Positions 50,718 to 59,878 of a stretch of 64,000 nucleotides of DNA are shown here, piece by piece (position 1 is the stretch's first letter; the number at the start of each line of letters is the position of its first letter). The stretch covers positions 2,112,001-2,176,000 of the forward strand of contig OZ219754.1 of the NCBI GenBank assembly GCA_964291295.2. Direction: 5' to 3'. This stretch comes from an uncultured Candidatus Binatia bacterium. Lineage in GTDB: Bacteria; Desulfobacterota; Binatia; UBA9968; JAJDTQ01. The position numbers and the translations under genes are program-made. Below the pieces are notes generated by a model. That model searched no databases, had not been told where the DNA came from, and was given only the letters and a program-made list of their open reading frames with translations.

Positions 50718-52505
50718 CTACCTGCGGCCGCCGAAGGAGCCGCGCAACTCGCCGTTCTTCTTGTCCTTGGACGTGATGTCGAACACGCCGCCCACCTCTT
50801 CGGCGTCCGGCCCGAAGAAATGGCCGCTGTACTCCCTCACCTCGTACAGGCTGCCGTCCACGCTCGTGGCCAGCTTCAATGCAGTACGATGGCGGGCCTG
50901 ATAGCCAGCCAGAAATCCCGGTGTATCGTAGCCGGCGCCTTCGGCGTTGACATTGGTCACTTTGCTGCCCGAGAACCCGTTCCCGTCGATGGTGCCGTGG
51001 AATGTGGCGATAATCCCGTCATATCCGCCTTGCAACAAGAAGTGCGCGCGATAAATATCGGTCTTGATGGTGCTTTTCCCGAAATCCACCGTTGTGGTTG
51101 AGGTTCCGTCAAGACCGGAGATACCTCCTTCGCCTTGAGCGTGCTGTGCGCGGTGTTGCCAAATTGCATTACCCCTGTAGGTGGCACTGCCGAAGCCTGG
51201 CATGTTGGCCGCCGGGGTCATGCCCTCGCCATCGGGCAGCACCGTGACGAATGAGATGCCAAGGTTGGTCCTGCCTGACTTCTGCGTGTGCCACATCCCG
51301 TAGTTCATGTGCTCATAGGGCCTCGCCTCCGGGAAATCCGGCACATCGTAGACGAAAATCTGCCGGTAGGTGAAGTTGTCGGTCCCGCTCGTTCCGGTGC
51401 GCAGAAGATAGATGTCCTTGCTGCCGTTGTTGTAGTAGTAGACGCCCACGCCCGCATTCGCGTCCTTGGTGCCCCCATTGATCCAGTCCCAGGCATTCGT
51501 CTTGTCCAGTTTCTTCGACTCCGGGGTATCAAGAATATGGAACTCCCCCTCCGCCCGCATGACCTTGTAGGTCTTTTCCCCTACCGTGACCGAACCGAAC
51601 GGGTTCTCGACCGTGATCGGGGCGGTCACGTTGATGGGCTGATCGCTGGCGTCCTTCGCCCTGCGGTAGGCCTTCACCCCCTTGGTGTTGCGGACATACT
51701 TGTCCATCAGCCAGAAACGGGACTTCTCCGAGTCGTTGTAGGAACCGACGGGGATGGTCCGTGCATGGATTCCCGTCCGGGAAACCACCTCCGGCTTGTT
51801 TGCCGTTGCCGCCACGTATTGGACGGGTTCCTTTCGGTAATTCCGTGATTTCTCGTCGATGTTGCCGCGCTTGCCGGTCTCGATGGTCTTGCCCCCGGTC
51901 GTGAGCTTGGCATAGGGTGCACCCGCCGTGATGGTCGTGTCGCCGTACCTGTAGGTCATGCCCTCGACACGCCGAACCTCCTTGGCCGCGGCCTCCTTCG
52001 CCATCTTCGCCTTTTCCGCGGCCATCGCCGCCTGAGCCTCGGCCTTCGCCTGCGCCGCCTCGGCTGCGACTTCGGCCTGGGCCGCCACACGCAAGTCGCT
52101 CGTGGCCGCAGCCTTGTCCGACTCCATCTTGGCCTTGTCGTACTCCGCCTTCGCCATGTCCGCCGCCGTCCGGGCCGCATCCGCGTAGCTCTTCGCCGTC
52201 ATCTCCCCCTTGGGAGTGAAAACGGGCACGACACCCAGGATCGCCGCTTCCGCCTCATCCGCCGACGTCCCCGCGTTGTCCGACGCCGTCTTGGCCTTGC
52301 CCGACGCCGCCATCGCCGCCGTCCGGGCCTCCTTGATCGCCGTCTCCACTGCCGTCGGCCCCGCCGGCGGCGGATCCGGGGTCGTCGCCGGGGTCCGGTT
52401 GTTGTTGCTGCTGCCTCCGCATGCCGCCAGCCCGAAGGCCAACACCACCGCGCAGAAGACCGCCGCCAGGTTCCTGTGCATCATCCCGTGCATCATTCCG
52501 TACAT
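50718..52505 (-). CDS. Surface lipoprotein with Ala/Lys stalk and TbpB-like C-terminal beta-barrel
   Basis: Lipobox LAAC-GGS, Ala-rich coiled coil, YGMW, ATYRG, GHFFGPDAEEVGGVF...GSFGG; GAGGAG RBS. Confidence 0.85.
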   Translation of the reverse strand: MYGMMHGMMHRNLAAVFCAVVLAFGLAACGGSSNNNRTPATTPDPPPAGPTAVETAIKEARTAAMAASGKAKTASDNAGTSADEAEAAILGVVPVFTPKGEMTAKSYADAARTAADMAKAEYDKAKMESDKAAATSDLRVAAQAEVAAEAAQAKAEAQAAMAAEKAKMAKEAAAKEVRRVEGMTYRYGDTTITAGAPYAKLTTGGKTIETGKRGNIDEKSRNYRKEPVQYVAATANKPEVVSRTGIHARTIPVGSYNDSEKSRFWLMDKYVRNTKGVKAYRRAKDASDQPINVTAPITVENPFGSVTVGEKTYKVMRAEGEFHILDTPESKKLDKTNAWDWINGGTKDANAGVGVYYYNNGSKDIYLLRTGTSGTDNFTYRQIFVYDVPDFPEARPYEHMNYGMWHTQKSGRTNLGISFVTVLPDGEGMTPAANMPGFGSATYRGNAIWQHRAQHAQGEGGISGLDGTSTTTVDFGKSTIKTDIYRAHFLLQGGYDGIIATFHGTIDGNGFSGSKVTNVNAEGAGYDTPGFLAGYQARHRTALKLATSVDGSLYEVREYSGHFFGPDAEEVGGVFDITSKDKKNGELRGSFGGRR

Positions 52506-52760
52506 CAATATTCTCCTCGTCCTTTTCGTTCTTCCCACTTCCTCATGGATAAACAGGCTGAATTCCTTCGCAATCGCGCGCCTCACCCCATGAAGTCCAA
52601 GGAACGTCCGAAAAAGGCCATGGCGCGACATTGAGCTACTCGCAACCTGTGGGTTGTATTGATTCAGCCCCAGCAAATCCGGGGTCGTTCGGACCTTCCC
52701 CAAGTCGGATTCGGCCAGCGCCGCTACGTCTACCCCCTCGTGATCCTGTCACGGACACAG

Positions 52761-52791
52761 ACCTTACCCCCCCCCCCCCCCCCACTGTCAA
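52761..52791 (-). promoter_or_regulatory. Sigma70-like promoter with G17 spacer
   Basis: Minus strand reads TTGACA-GT-G17-TAAGGT, a 19-bp spacer. Confidence 0.7.
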
Positions 52792-52800
52792 GCAGCAGCC

Positions 52801-53561
52801 TTGTCCAACGCAAATGAGCCTGAAAGCGTGAAGTCACTCCAACGCAATGTGAGCCTGAAGCAGCGGTGCCGGAGATCGTCAGGAGACGATCGTGTCACCT
52901 CGAACGGTACCCTTGGGTTCTATCCAGCAGATTCCGACCGGCGTCGAGGCGCGCAACCCTGTAGACTTTCTCCCGACCGACCGTGCCCACACCTCCCAGT
53001 TCCTCATGCCGACCTCGGTGCGACTCGGCTACAGTCGATTGGACAAACCCTCCAATACGCGGGTGCAACGCTTTCTGAAAAAAACACCCCTACTCTCGGG
53101 CTCGCCGATGATTCGCCCCTTCCGCAAAACCGCCCGGGCCGTGGACCGACGCCAGGGCAACCCCCCTTCGCCCACCTCTACGCGCCGGCGGACATGCGCC
53201 TACTGGCGCGAGTGGACGAAAACCTCGGCCAGTTGTCAGACTTGACGACACCGGTGGTGCTGCACCGCAAATTCCATCTCTTCGGGGATCCGCGCTTCAG
53301 CGGCGGGCGGCGACGTCGGCGAACCACCTCCACTGCCTCCCGCATCTGCCGGAGGCAACCCACGGTCGTCATCGGCACCCGTGCGGGCCGGGGCCGTGGG
53401 CGAACGGCGCGCCCCGCAGCCCAACCGCCGCTGCGCGGGGACACCTCCACCAGAGCGACCGCGACCGTGCCAAGCGCGCCTACCTCATCAACCTCGTGGA
53501 CCAACCCCTCAACCCTCCCGCCGCCCCCTGCATAGCCTCATCTTCTTGTTGGATTATGCTG
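52801..53561 (+). mobile_element. Degenerate IS, copy 2 (same family as 48868-49761)
   Basis: Colinear similarity to copy 1, same terminal motifs, left end duplicated (52804 and 52838). Confidence 0.8.
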
Positions 53562-53717
53562 GGTGAAGACCGGCCCGGGGACGGGGGCGGACGCTTTCGG
53601 GCATCGCCGCCGAGGGCCCATTCTGGCAACTCGCCGGGGCTTGTGCTATGACCCCTGCGTCACCCGCACTCCTCGAAACAGTTCCGTTGAGACAATTCCG
53701 TTGAAAGGATCCGTTGA

Positions 53718-55292
53718 ATGGACCGCGACCCCACGGCACTGCCGCTCGTCTGTCATGAAGGCCACGAAGAACACGCGGCACCGCTGCCCGATGAAGATCA
53801 CGCCATGTGGCGGTCCGAGCGCATCGCGCTGACCTCCGTCGGCATCGACATCGGCTCCTCCACGTCCCACCTGATCTTCTCCCGGCTGGTCCTTCGCCGG
53901 CAGGGCCTCTCGCTGTCGAGCCGTTTCGTGGTGGTGAGCCGGGAGATCGTCTACGAGTCGCCGATCCTGCTGACGCCTTACGTCGACAGGCGGACCATCG
54001 ACACGAGCAAGCTGAACGCGTTCATTCACGGCGCCTACGCCAGCGCCGGCCTCAGCCGGCGGGATGTCGACACGGGTGCCCTGATCGTGACCGGTGAGGC
54101 GGCCAAGAAGAAGAACGCCGAGGCCATCGCGGCCCTGTTCGCCGAGGAGGCGGGCAAGTTCGTGTGCGCCACCGCCGGCCACAATCTCGAGGCGATCCTC
54201 GCCGCCTACGGCTCGGGCGCGGTGGCGGCCTCGATGGGTGACGACGGCGTCGCGTGCATGAACGTGGACGTGGGCGGCGGCACCAGCAAGATCGCCATCA
54301 CCCGGGGCGGACAGGTGGTGGACACGGCGGCCCTGGAGGTGGGCGCCCGGCTGGTGGCCCTGGACGAGGACCGGGCGATCAACCGGCTTGAGGACGCGGG
54401 GGTGCGCATCGGCGAAGCGAGCGGCCTGTCGCTGGCCCTCGGCCAGGTGCTCGGGGAGGCCGACAAGGAACGCATGGCGGCCACGCTGACCGGGTGTCTG
54501 CTGGAGGTGCTCGGGCGCGGGCTGCTGTCGCCGTTGACCCGGGAACTGATGCTCACTCCGGCGCTTTCCTGCCGGGACCCGATTGATTCCATCCAGTTCT
54601 CCGGCGGAGTCTCGGAGTATGTCTACGGCCATGAGACCGCGGACAAGGGCGATCTCGGCAACCATGTCGGCCGCCGGATCCGCGCTGGCGCCGTGGAACT
54701 GGCCACGCGTGAATCATGGGAGTTCAAGGAGCCCGCGGTGCGCATCCGCGCCACGGTCATCGGCGCTTCCCAGTACACCGTGCAGGTGAGCGGCAACACG
54801 ATCTTCCTTTCAGACGAGTCCATGCTGCCGCTGCGGAATCTGCAAGTGGTCACGCCGCACTTCCGCCAGACCGAGCCGCTGACCACGGAGGACGTTCGCC
54901 GTTCCATCGAGAGCGCGCTGCAGCGATTCGACATGACCGAGGGCGACCGTGGCGCGGCGCTGGCGCTTCACTGGGATCTGGGACCTTCCTATCCCCTCAT
55001 CCGCACCCTGGCCGCCGGCGTGGTGGAGGGGATGAAGGAGTATCTTCGCCAGGGACACAAGCTCGTGCTCGTGTTCGATGCCGACATCGCCAGGCTGGTG
55101 GGCCACATCATCGACAAGGAGATCCTTCCGGGCTGCGGTGTCATTTCAATCGACGGCATCGACCTCAAGGACTTCGATTTCATCGACATCGGCGAGGAAT
55201 TGCCGGACGCCCAGGCCGTGCCGGTGGTGATCAAGTCGCTGATCTTCCGTCACGAGGAGTGGGGCCGGGGGCGTCTGTTGGCCAACGACTGA
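53718..55292 (+). CDS. eutA: EutA-like reactivating factor (ASKHA ATPase)
   Basis: SVGIDIGSSTSHLIFS, TGALIVTGEAA, CATAGH.LEA, VDVGGGT, IRATVIGA, VPVVIKSL. Confidence 0.85.
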   Translation: MDRDPTALPLVCHEGHEEHAAPLPDEDHAMWRSERIALTSVGIDIGSSTSHLIFSRLVLRRQGLSLSSRFVVVSREIVYESPILLTPYVDRRTIDTSKLNAFIHGAYASAGLSRRDVDTGALIVTGEAAKKKNAEAIAALFAEEAGKFVCATAGHNLEAILAAYGSGAVAASMGDDGVACMNVDVGGGTSKIAITRGGQVVDTAALEVGARLVALDEDRAINRLEDAGVRIGEASGLSLALGQVLGEADKERMAATLTGCLLEVLGRGLLSPLTRELMLTPALSCRDPIDSIQFSGGVSEYVYGHETADKGDLGNHVGRRIRAGAVELATRESWEFKEPAVRIRATVIGASQYTVQVSGNTIFLSDESMLPLRNLQVVTPHFRQTEPLTTEDVRRSIESALQRFDMTEGDRGAALALHWDLGPSYPLIRTLAAGVVEGMKEYLRQGHKLVLVFDADIARLVGHIIDKEILPGCGVISIDGIDLKDFDFIDIGEELPDAQAVPVVIKSLIFRHEEWGRGRLLAND

Positions 55293-56278
55293 CGGCGGAC
55301 CGCCCCGGGTCGCCCGATACGGCGACCTTTCATTCTCTCCTTCAGCCGCACCGGATGCTCCGGGTGAAGCGTCCGGAAGCCGGCCACCGACAGCCATACC
55401 CGCAGGAGATGACGCCCGGATCCCGCGTCGGCGAATCGGGTGCGCGTGTGCAGGACCACGTGGTTGTTGAAATACTCGATGTCGCCGGGTTGGAGTTCCA
55501 CTGCCGCCGCTGCCGTGTTCGCCACGCTGTTGAAGACTTCCAGTGCGTGTCTCTGCGCTTCGGTCAACTCGGGAACCCCGGCCTGCTTCTGGGCCCGCTT
55601 GATGTGAACCGGAAAGGCGCAGGCGTTGAACACGCCGTCCTGGAAGCCCAGGAAGGGCAGCTGGCTCCATCGGTGGCCGTGGTCCGGGTGCGGATGCTGC
55701 AACGCCACGTGAAATGGCCGGGTCAGGACGTCCAGCACGTCGGGGTGTTGCTTTGCCAGGATGTTGTAGACGGTGGCGGCACTGACGAACCGGCGCGTGC
55801 CGCCCGTGCGGGCGGGGTTCATGCACAGGAAGCCGATGACATCTTCCGGATCGGCGTGAAAGGGGAGCTCGCCGGCTGCGCGAAACCCGACGCGGTCGCG
55901 ATTCTCGGGTTCGGCCCGTACGTGCGCCAGATGGACCCCTCCCGGCTGCTCCACGACGTCGCCGATGTGCCGGCTCAGGGTCGAGAAGGCATGGGCCACC
56001 TCCGACTCGTTCAGGCCGGTCAGCGGCAGACCCCGGAGAATGCGAAAGCCGACGCCCGATTTGAGTTCCCGTGCGGTCGCCGCCATCCGTGAAGTCAGCA
56101 GCGGCCGGTCGAGGCGCTTGCCGCGCCCGTCGTCGGACCTCTCCCGTGCCAACGCCGCCAGCTCCTCCAGTTCGCCGGCGGTGAAATGATGGCACCCGTT
56201 TCCGGACTTCTCGACATCATCCGGACTCCAGGCCGCCGGGTCCACCGCCGGTGCCGATTCCTTTGTTCCGTCATCCAT
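55250..56278 (-). CDS. TauD/TfdA family Fe(II)/2-oxoglutarate dioxygenase
   Basis: FHAD (HxD), GG..FVSA, NNHVVLHTR, RHLLRVWL; AAAGGAG RBS. Alternative GTG 56305 is coupled to the hlyD stop. Confidence 0.9.
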   Translation of the reverse strand: MDDGTKESAPAVDPAAWSPDDVEKSGNGCHHFTAGELEELAALARERSDDGRGKRLDRPLLTSRMAATARELKSGVGFRILRGLPLTGLNESEVAHAFSTLSRHIGDVVEQPGGVHLAHVRAEPENRDRVGFRAAGELPFHADPEDVIGFLCMNPARTGGTRRFVSAATVYNILAKQHPDVLDVLTRPFHVALQHPHPDHGHRWSQLPFLGFQDGVFNACAFPVHIKRAQKQAGVPELTEAQRHALEVFNSVANTAAAAVELQPGDIEYFNNHVVLHTRTRFADAGSGRHLLRVWLSVAGFRTLHPEHPVRLKERMKGRRIGRPGAVRRQSLANRRPRPHSS

Positions 56279-56301
56279 GGCTGTTGCTCCTTTGGGGGGC
56301 G

Positions 56302-57639
56302 TCACTTCTCCCGGAAGGCGTCCTGCCGGTAGCCCCGAAGAGGTTGGAGAAGGTATTCGATGACCCGTTGCGTGCCGAGGATCAGCGCGGCTTCCGCTGC
56401 CATTCCGGGCAACAGCTCGACTCTCCGCCCCTCGATCTCCATATAGTTCTGGTCCAGTTCGATGATCGCCTTGAACACGGGACCGGCCGCTGTGGGCTGC
56501 GATGTGGTTGCCGATGCGTTGCCGGCCGCGGGGTTTTCGGGAACGGGTGTGCCGGCATGCGTGCCCGCGTTCACCGCGTCCTTGCCGATGTGCTTCACGG
56601 TTCCGTCCACGCCGCCGTAACGGCGGAAGTCGAAGGTGGTCACCCTGAGGGTGACCCGCTGGCCGGGCTTCACGAATCCGATGTCGGTATTGGCGACGAA
56701 CGCTTCGACCTGAATACCGGTATTGCGCGGCACGATGACCATGAGCCGGGCGCCGGGCTCCACCATGCCGTTCTCCGTGTGCACGGCGAGGTCCTGGACC
56801 ACGCCGTCGACCGGGGACAACAGGGTATGCCGGGCGCGGAATTCCCGCGCCTGACGGAGATCTTCCCGCAACACGATCATCCGCTCCCGGACCCTTGCCA
56901 GAGCCGACCGAAGTTCACGGTAGAACTCGGCGGTCGCCCGTTCCTTCTGTGCGCGGACCGCCGTCAGGGAGGCCTGGACCTCGGCCAACTCCCGGCGGCG
57001 GAGCGTGATGCCGCCCTCCAGCTCCACCAGCCGTTCCTGCTCCTGGAACAGGGCGAGGCGGGAGGCGTGATCCCGGCGGTAGAGAGTCTCGTGCATGGCG
57101 GTCCGCTCACGCAGGATGGGCAACAGCCTTCCCTGCTTGATGAGCGCGCCTTTGATGGTGTGGAGCCGCGCGCGCCGTTCCGCCAGGATGCCGTCCAGTT
57201 CGTGAAGGTGGGCCCGGTGTGCCGCCACCTGATCCGCCAGGAGCGCTTCGTTGATCGCGACGATCTCCGGCGGAGCGTCGGGGGGTGGATGGAAGGGCCG
57301 GTCCTGGTGCCAGGCCAGCGCGGCTTCGAGACGCGCCGCCTCGACGGACTTGATGCGGAGTTCGGCCGTGAGCTTGGAAATCTCGGCATCCACCAGGGTC
57401 GTGTCGAATTCGATCAGGACCTCGTTCCGCCTTGCGACGCTCCCTTCCTCAACGGCGATGCGCTTGATCTTCCCCTGCTCGAAGGAGCGGATCACCTTGA
57501 CCTGCCCGGTGGGAATGATGCGGCCCGGGGCCATGGCGGACAGTTCGACCTCCGCCACGGACGCCCATGTCAGGGTGGCGATGAGAAAGACGCAAAGCGC
57601 CACGAGCAGGAGGATATCGACACGACGCGGCGTGGTCAT
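56302..57639 (-). CDS. HlyD family type I secretion membrane fusion protein
   Basis: TM anchor, GRIIPTGQVKVI, coiled coil, SPVDGVV, DIGFVKPGQ, LLPGMAAEA..G.QRVIEYLL.P. Confidence 0.95.
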   Translation of the reverse strand: MTTPRRVDILLLVALCVFLIATLTWASVAEVELSAMAPGRIIPTGQVKVIRSFEQGKIKRIAVEEGSVARRNEVLIEFDTTLVDAEISKLTAELRIKSVEAARLEAALAWHQDRPFHPPPDAPPEIVAINEALLADQVAAHRAHLHELDGILAERRARLHTIKGALIKQGRLLPILRERTAMHETLYRRDHASRLALFQEQERLVELEGGITLRRRELAEVQASLTAVRAQKERATAEFYRELRSALARVRERMIVLREDLRQAREFRARHTLLSPVDGVVQDLAVHTENGMVEPGARLMVIVPRNTGIQVEAFVANTDIGFVKPGQRVTLRVTTFDFRRYGGVDGTVKHIGKDAVNAGTHAGTPVPENPAAGNASATTSQPTAAGPVFKAIIELDQNYMEIEGRRVELLPGMAAEAALILGTQRVIEYLLQPLRGYRQDAFREK

Positions 57640-58082
57640 GCCGAATTCCCGGGATTCTCATGCCTCGTGCGGCGGGATCGCACGATCCTTTCGCCGGCCC
57701 ACAGGATCAGGCATGCCACCGCGACAAGGACCATGGCCGTCCGCCACCATGCCAGCAGTCCCCGGGGATCCCAGAGACCGAGCCACATGGCCGCTTCACC
57801 CGCGACGAGAGCGAACAGCATGACGGCCGGGGCGGCGTAGGGTCGCCGTATCTCATCCGTGGAGGCCACAACGCCGAACACGAGGATCGAGAACACCGCG
57901 GCGCCGACCACGGCACCGGAGGGAGAGTCGCCCCGGTACTTCATCAGCCACGCCGTCTGTCCCATCAGCCAGAACGCTCCGGCAACGATGCCATGGCAGA
58001 CGGCGCTCGACACCCTCAGGTACTTGCTGAAACGGTCGTCCCCTTCCCGGTCATGGAAGATGCCCATGAATTCGAATCGCAT
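57636..58082 (-). CDS. Hypothetical 4-TM membrane protein (possible immunity/accessory protein)
   Basis: Four hydrophobic segments; AAAGGAG RBS; ATGA overlap with the hlyD start. Confidence 0.7.
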   Translation of the reverse strand: MRFEFMGIFHDREGDDRFSKYLRVSSAVCHGIVAGAFWLMGQTAWLMKYRGDSPSGAVVGAAVFSILVFGVVASTDEIRRPYAAPAVMLFALVAGEAAMWLGLWDPRGLLAWWRTAMVLVAVACLILWAGERIVRSRRTRHENPGNSA

Positions 58083-58289
58083 CCGTGTCTCCTTTGAAAA
58101 CGTGCCGATGATACGGTGTCGAGCCGGTTGGCCGACGGGGCCTTGCGTGACCCCGTCGGCGTTCCATCCCGAACCCTGTTTCGGCCCGGCAACCGCCGTC
58201 GGGTGACGGCGACCGACCCTGCGGCGCGGCCATGGCCCGGGACATGCCCGTGACCACTTCCCGCGCGCCGAGGGCGCAATCGTGATGCG

Positions 58290-58691
58290 TCATGTCGGGC
58301 CGTTGCAGTTTGGACTCGTCAAGGCCGCCTCCGCCGCACCGGCGACCGCACCGACGACCGCGCCCACGACAACGCCGCCGCCGGTGACGGCGGCTCTGGC
58401 CGCGCCCACGGCGGCACCCACTGCCGCAGCATGGGTCACGTCGTCCACGCACGATTGCTCGTCCTCTTCCTCGGCATCAGCGAGGGCCTCCGGATTGGCC
58501 ACGGCACAGTCCGAACAGTCCGAGCATGTGCAGCTGCAACCGCAGCCACAGTCACCGCACCCGCATCCACAACCGCATCCACACCCGCATCCGCATCCGT
58601 GAATCTCCAGGTCGAGTTCGCCCTCCTGGGCACCGAGCCGCCAAGGGACGGCTGCCGCCGCTTCGTCGATGGCAATGTGATGCTGTTCCAT
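58290..58691 (-). CDS. Cys-rich, glycine-zipper peptide (putative RiPP/bacteriocin precursor), 133 aa
   Basis: AAGGAGG RBS; (GC)7-GDCGCGCSCTCSDCSDC, acidic linker, AVGAAVGA...GAVVGAVAGA; mixed synonymous codons in the GC repeat. Confidence 0.8.
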   Translation of the reverse strand: MEQHHIAIDEAAAAVPWRLGAQEGELDLEIHGCGCGCGCGCGCGCGDCGCGCSCTCSDCSDCAVANPEALADAEEEDEQSCVDDVTHAAAVGAAVGAARAAVTGGGVVVGAVVGAVAGAAEAALTSPNCNGPT

Positions 58692-58982
58692 TACGGTGTT
58701 TCCTCCTTCGTTGGTTGGTTGAGAGTCATTTCGTCGCCCACATACCATGAGTCGGCCTGATGGGCGCGAACTTTAAACATGATTTCACTCAAAGGGCAAA
58801 TTTGTCCGATGCCGGTCCAGGGCCGGCGGTCGCGGAATCGGTGGCCGTTGGCATCGCGAGAGCTTTGCGCCATAATATCGCCCGGTGGAGACCCGGAGCG
58901 TGACGTTCCGGCGGAGTGGTGTCCGGGCCGGAAGCCTTCATCCGACCCCCTTCACCTCGTGCCGGAACGAGAGGAAAGCTGA

Positions 58983-59837
58983 ATGAGGCCGTTCATGGGT
59001 AGCAAGACCGACGAGTTCAGCCAGCGCGCGCCGATCCGGTTGCAGGCCGCACCCCCCAGCCTCGCCCGCCTGGACATGGCCAGACGCGTGGGAAAGAAGA
59101 AGTATGAACGCAAGCTTGCCAAATGGCAGGACCGGCTCCGGGAGGTGTCTCTCGCCTATCGGGCCCAGCAGCGGCGTGCGGTGATCGTGTTCGAGGGGTG
59201 GGACGCCGCGGGCAAGGGCGGCACCATCCGGCGCATGGCGTGGCCGCTGGATCCGCGCGGGCTCAAGGTCTGGCCCATTGCCGCCCCCACCGCGGAAGAG
59301 CAGGGCCAGCACTATCTCTACCGTTTCTGGAAGCGGCTGCCGCGGCCCGGACAGATAGTGATCTTCGACCGCTCATGGTATGGGCGGGTGCTGGTGGAAC
59401 GGGTGGAGGGCTTCGCCAGCACCATCGAGTGGCAGCGCGCCTATGACGAGATCAATGAGTTCGAGCGCATGCTGGACGACGATGGCATCCGGCTCGTCAA
59501 GCTGTTCTTCCACATTACGTCCGAGGAGCAACGGGTGCGGTTTCGCCAGCGCCTGGCCGACCCGCTCAAGCAGTGGAAGCTCTCTCCCGAGGACTTCCGC
59601 AACCGGTCGCGTTGGGGGGAATACGAGGCGGCCATCGAGGAGATGTTCCGCAGGACCTCGACGGTGCCTCAACCGTGGACGGCCGTCCCCGGGAACGACA
59701 AGCGGTACGGCCGCCTTGTGGCCATGAAAGCGGTGGTGAAGCGGTTGACGGACGGCGTCGACACGAAGCCCGACTCCATCGATTCCGATTTCGAGGGCGA
59801 AGCGCGCAAGCTGCTGGACGTCGAAGAAGCGGGATGA
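58983..59837 (+). CDS. ppk2: Polyphosphate kinase 2 family
   Basis: FEGWDAAGKGG, FDRSWYGRVLVERV, KLSPED. Confidence 0.95.
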   Translation: MRPFMGSKTDEFSQRAPIRLQAAPPSLARLDMARRVGKKKYERKLAKWQDRLREVSLAYRAQQRRAVIVFEGWDAAGKGGTIRRMAWPLDPRGLKVWPIAAPTAEEQGQHYLYRFWKRLPRPGQIVIFDRSWYGRVLVERVEGFASTIEWQRAYDEINEFERMLDDDGIRLVKLFFHITSEEQRVRFRQRLADPLKQWKLSPEDFRNRSRWGEYEAAIEEMFRRTSTVPQPWTAVPGNDKRYGRLVAMKAVVKRLTDGVDTKPDSIDSDFEGEARKLLDVEEAG

Positions 59838-59878
59838 GCCGGCCGGGCGTCCGCCGGGCAGGGAGGTTCGACAGGATC

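Noticed and set aside
58051-58293. Possible extra ORF between the peptide and the 4-TM gene
   Set aside because: An ATGA overlap exists, but composition is uninformative and it overlaps the next gene; more likely a structured intergenic region.
58282-58602. Plus-strand ORF with PH/PQ repeats
   Set aside because: Antisense mirror of the Gly-Cys peptide, which has the strong RBS and operon orientation.
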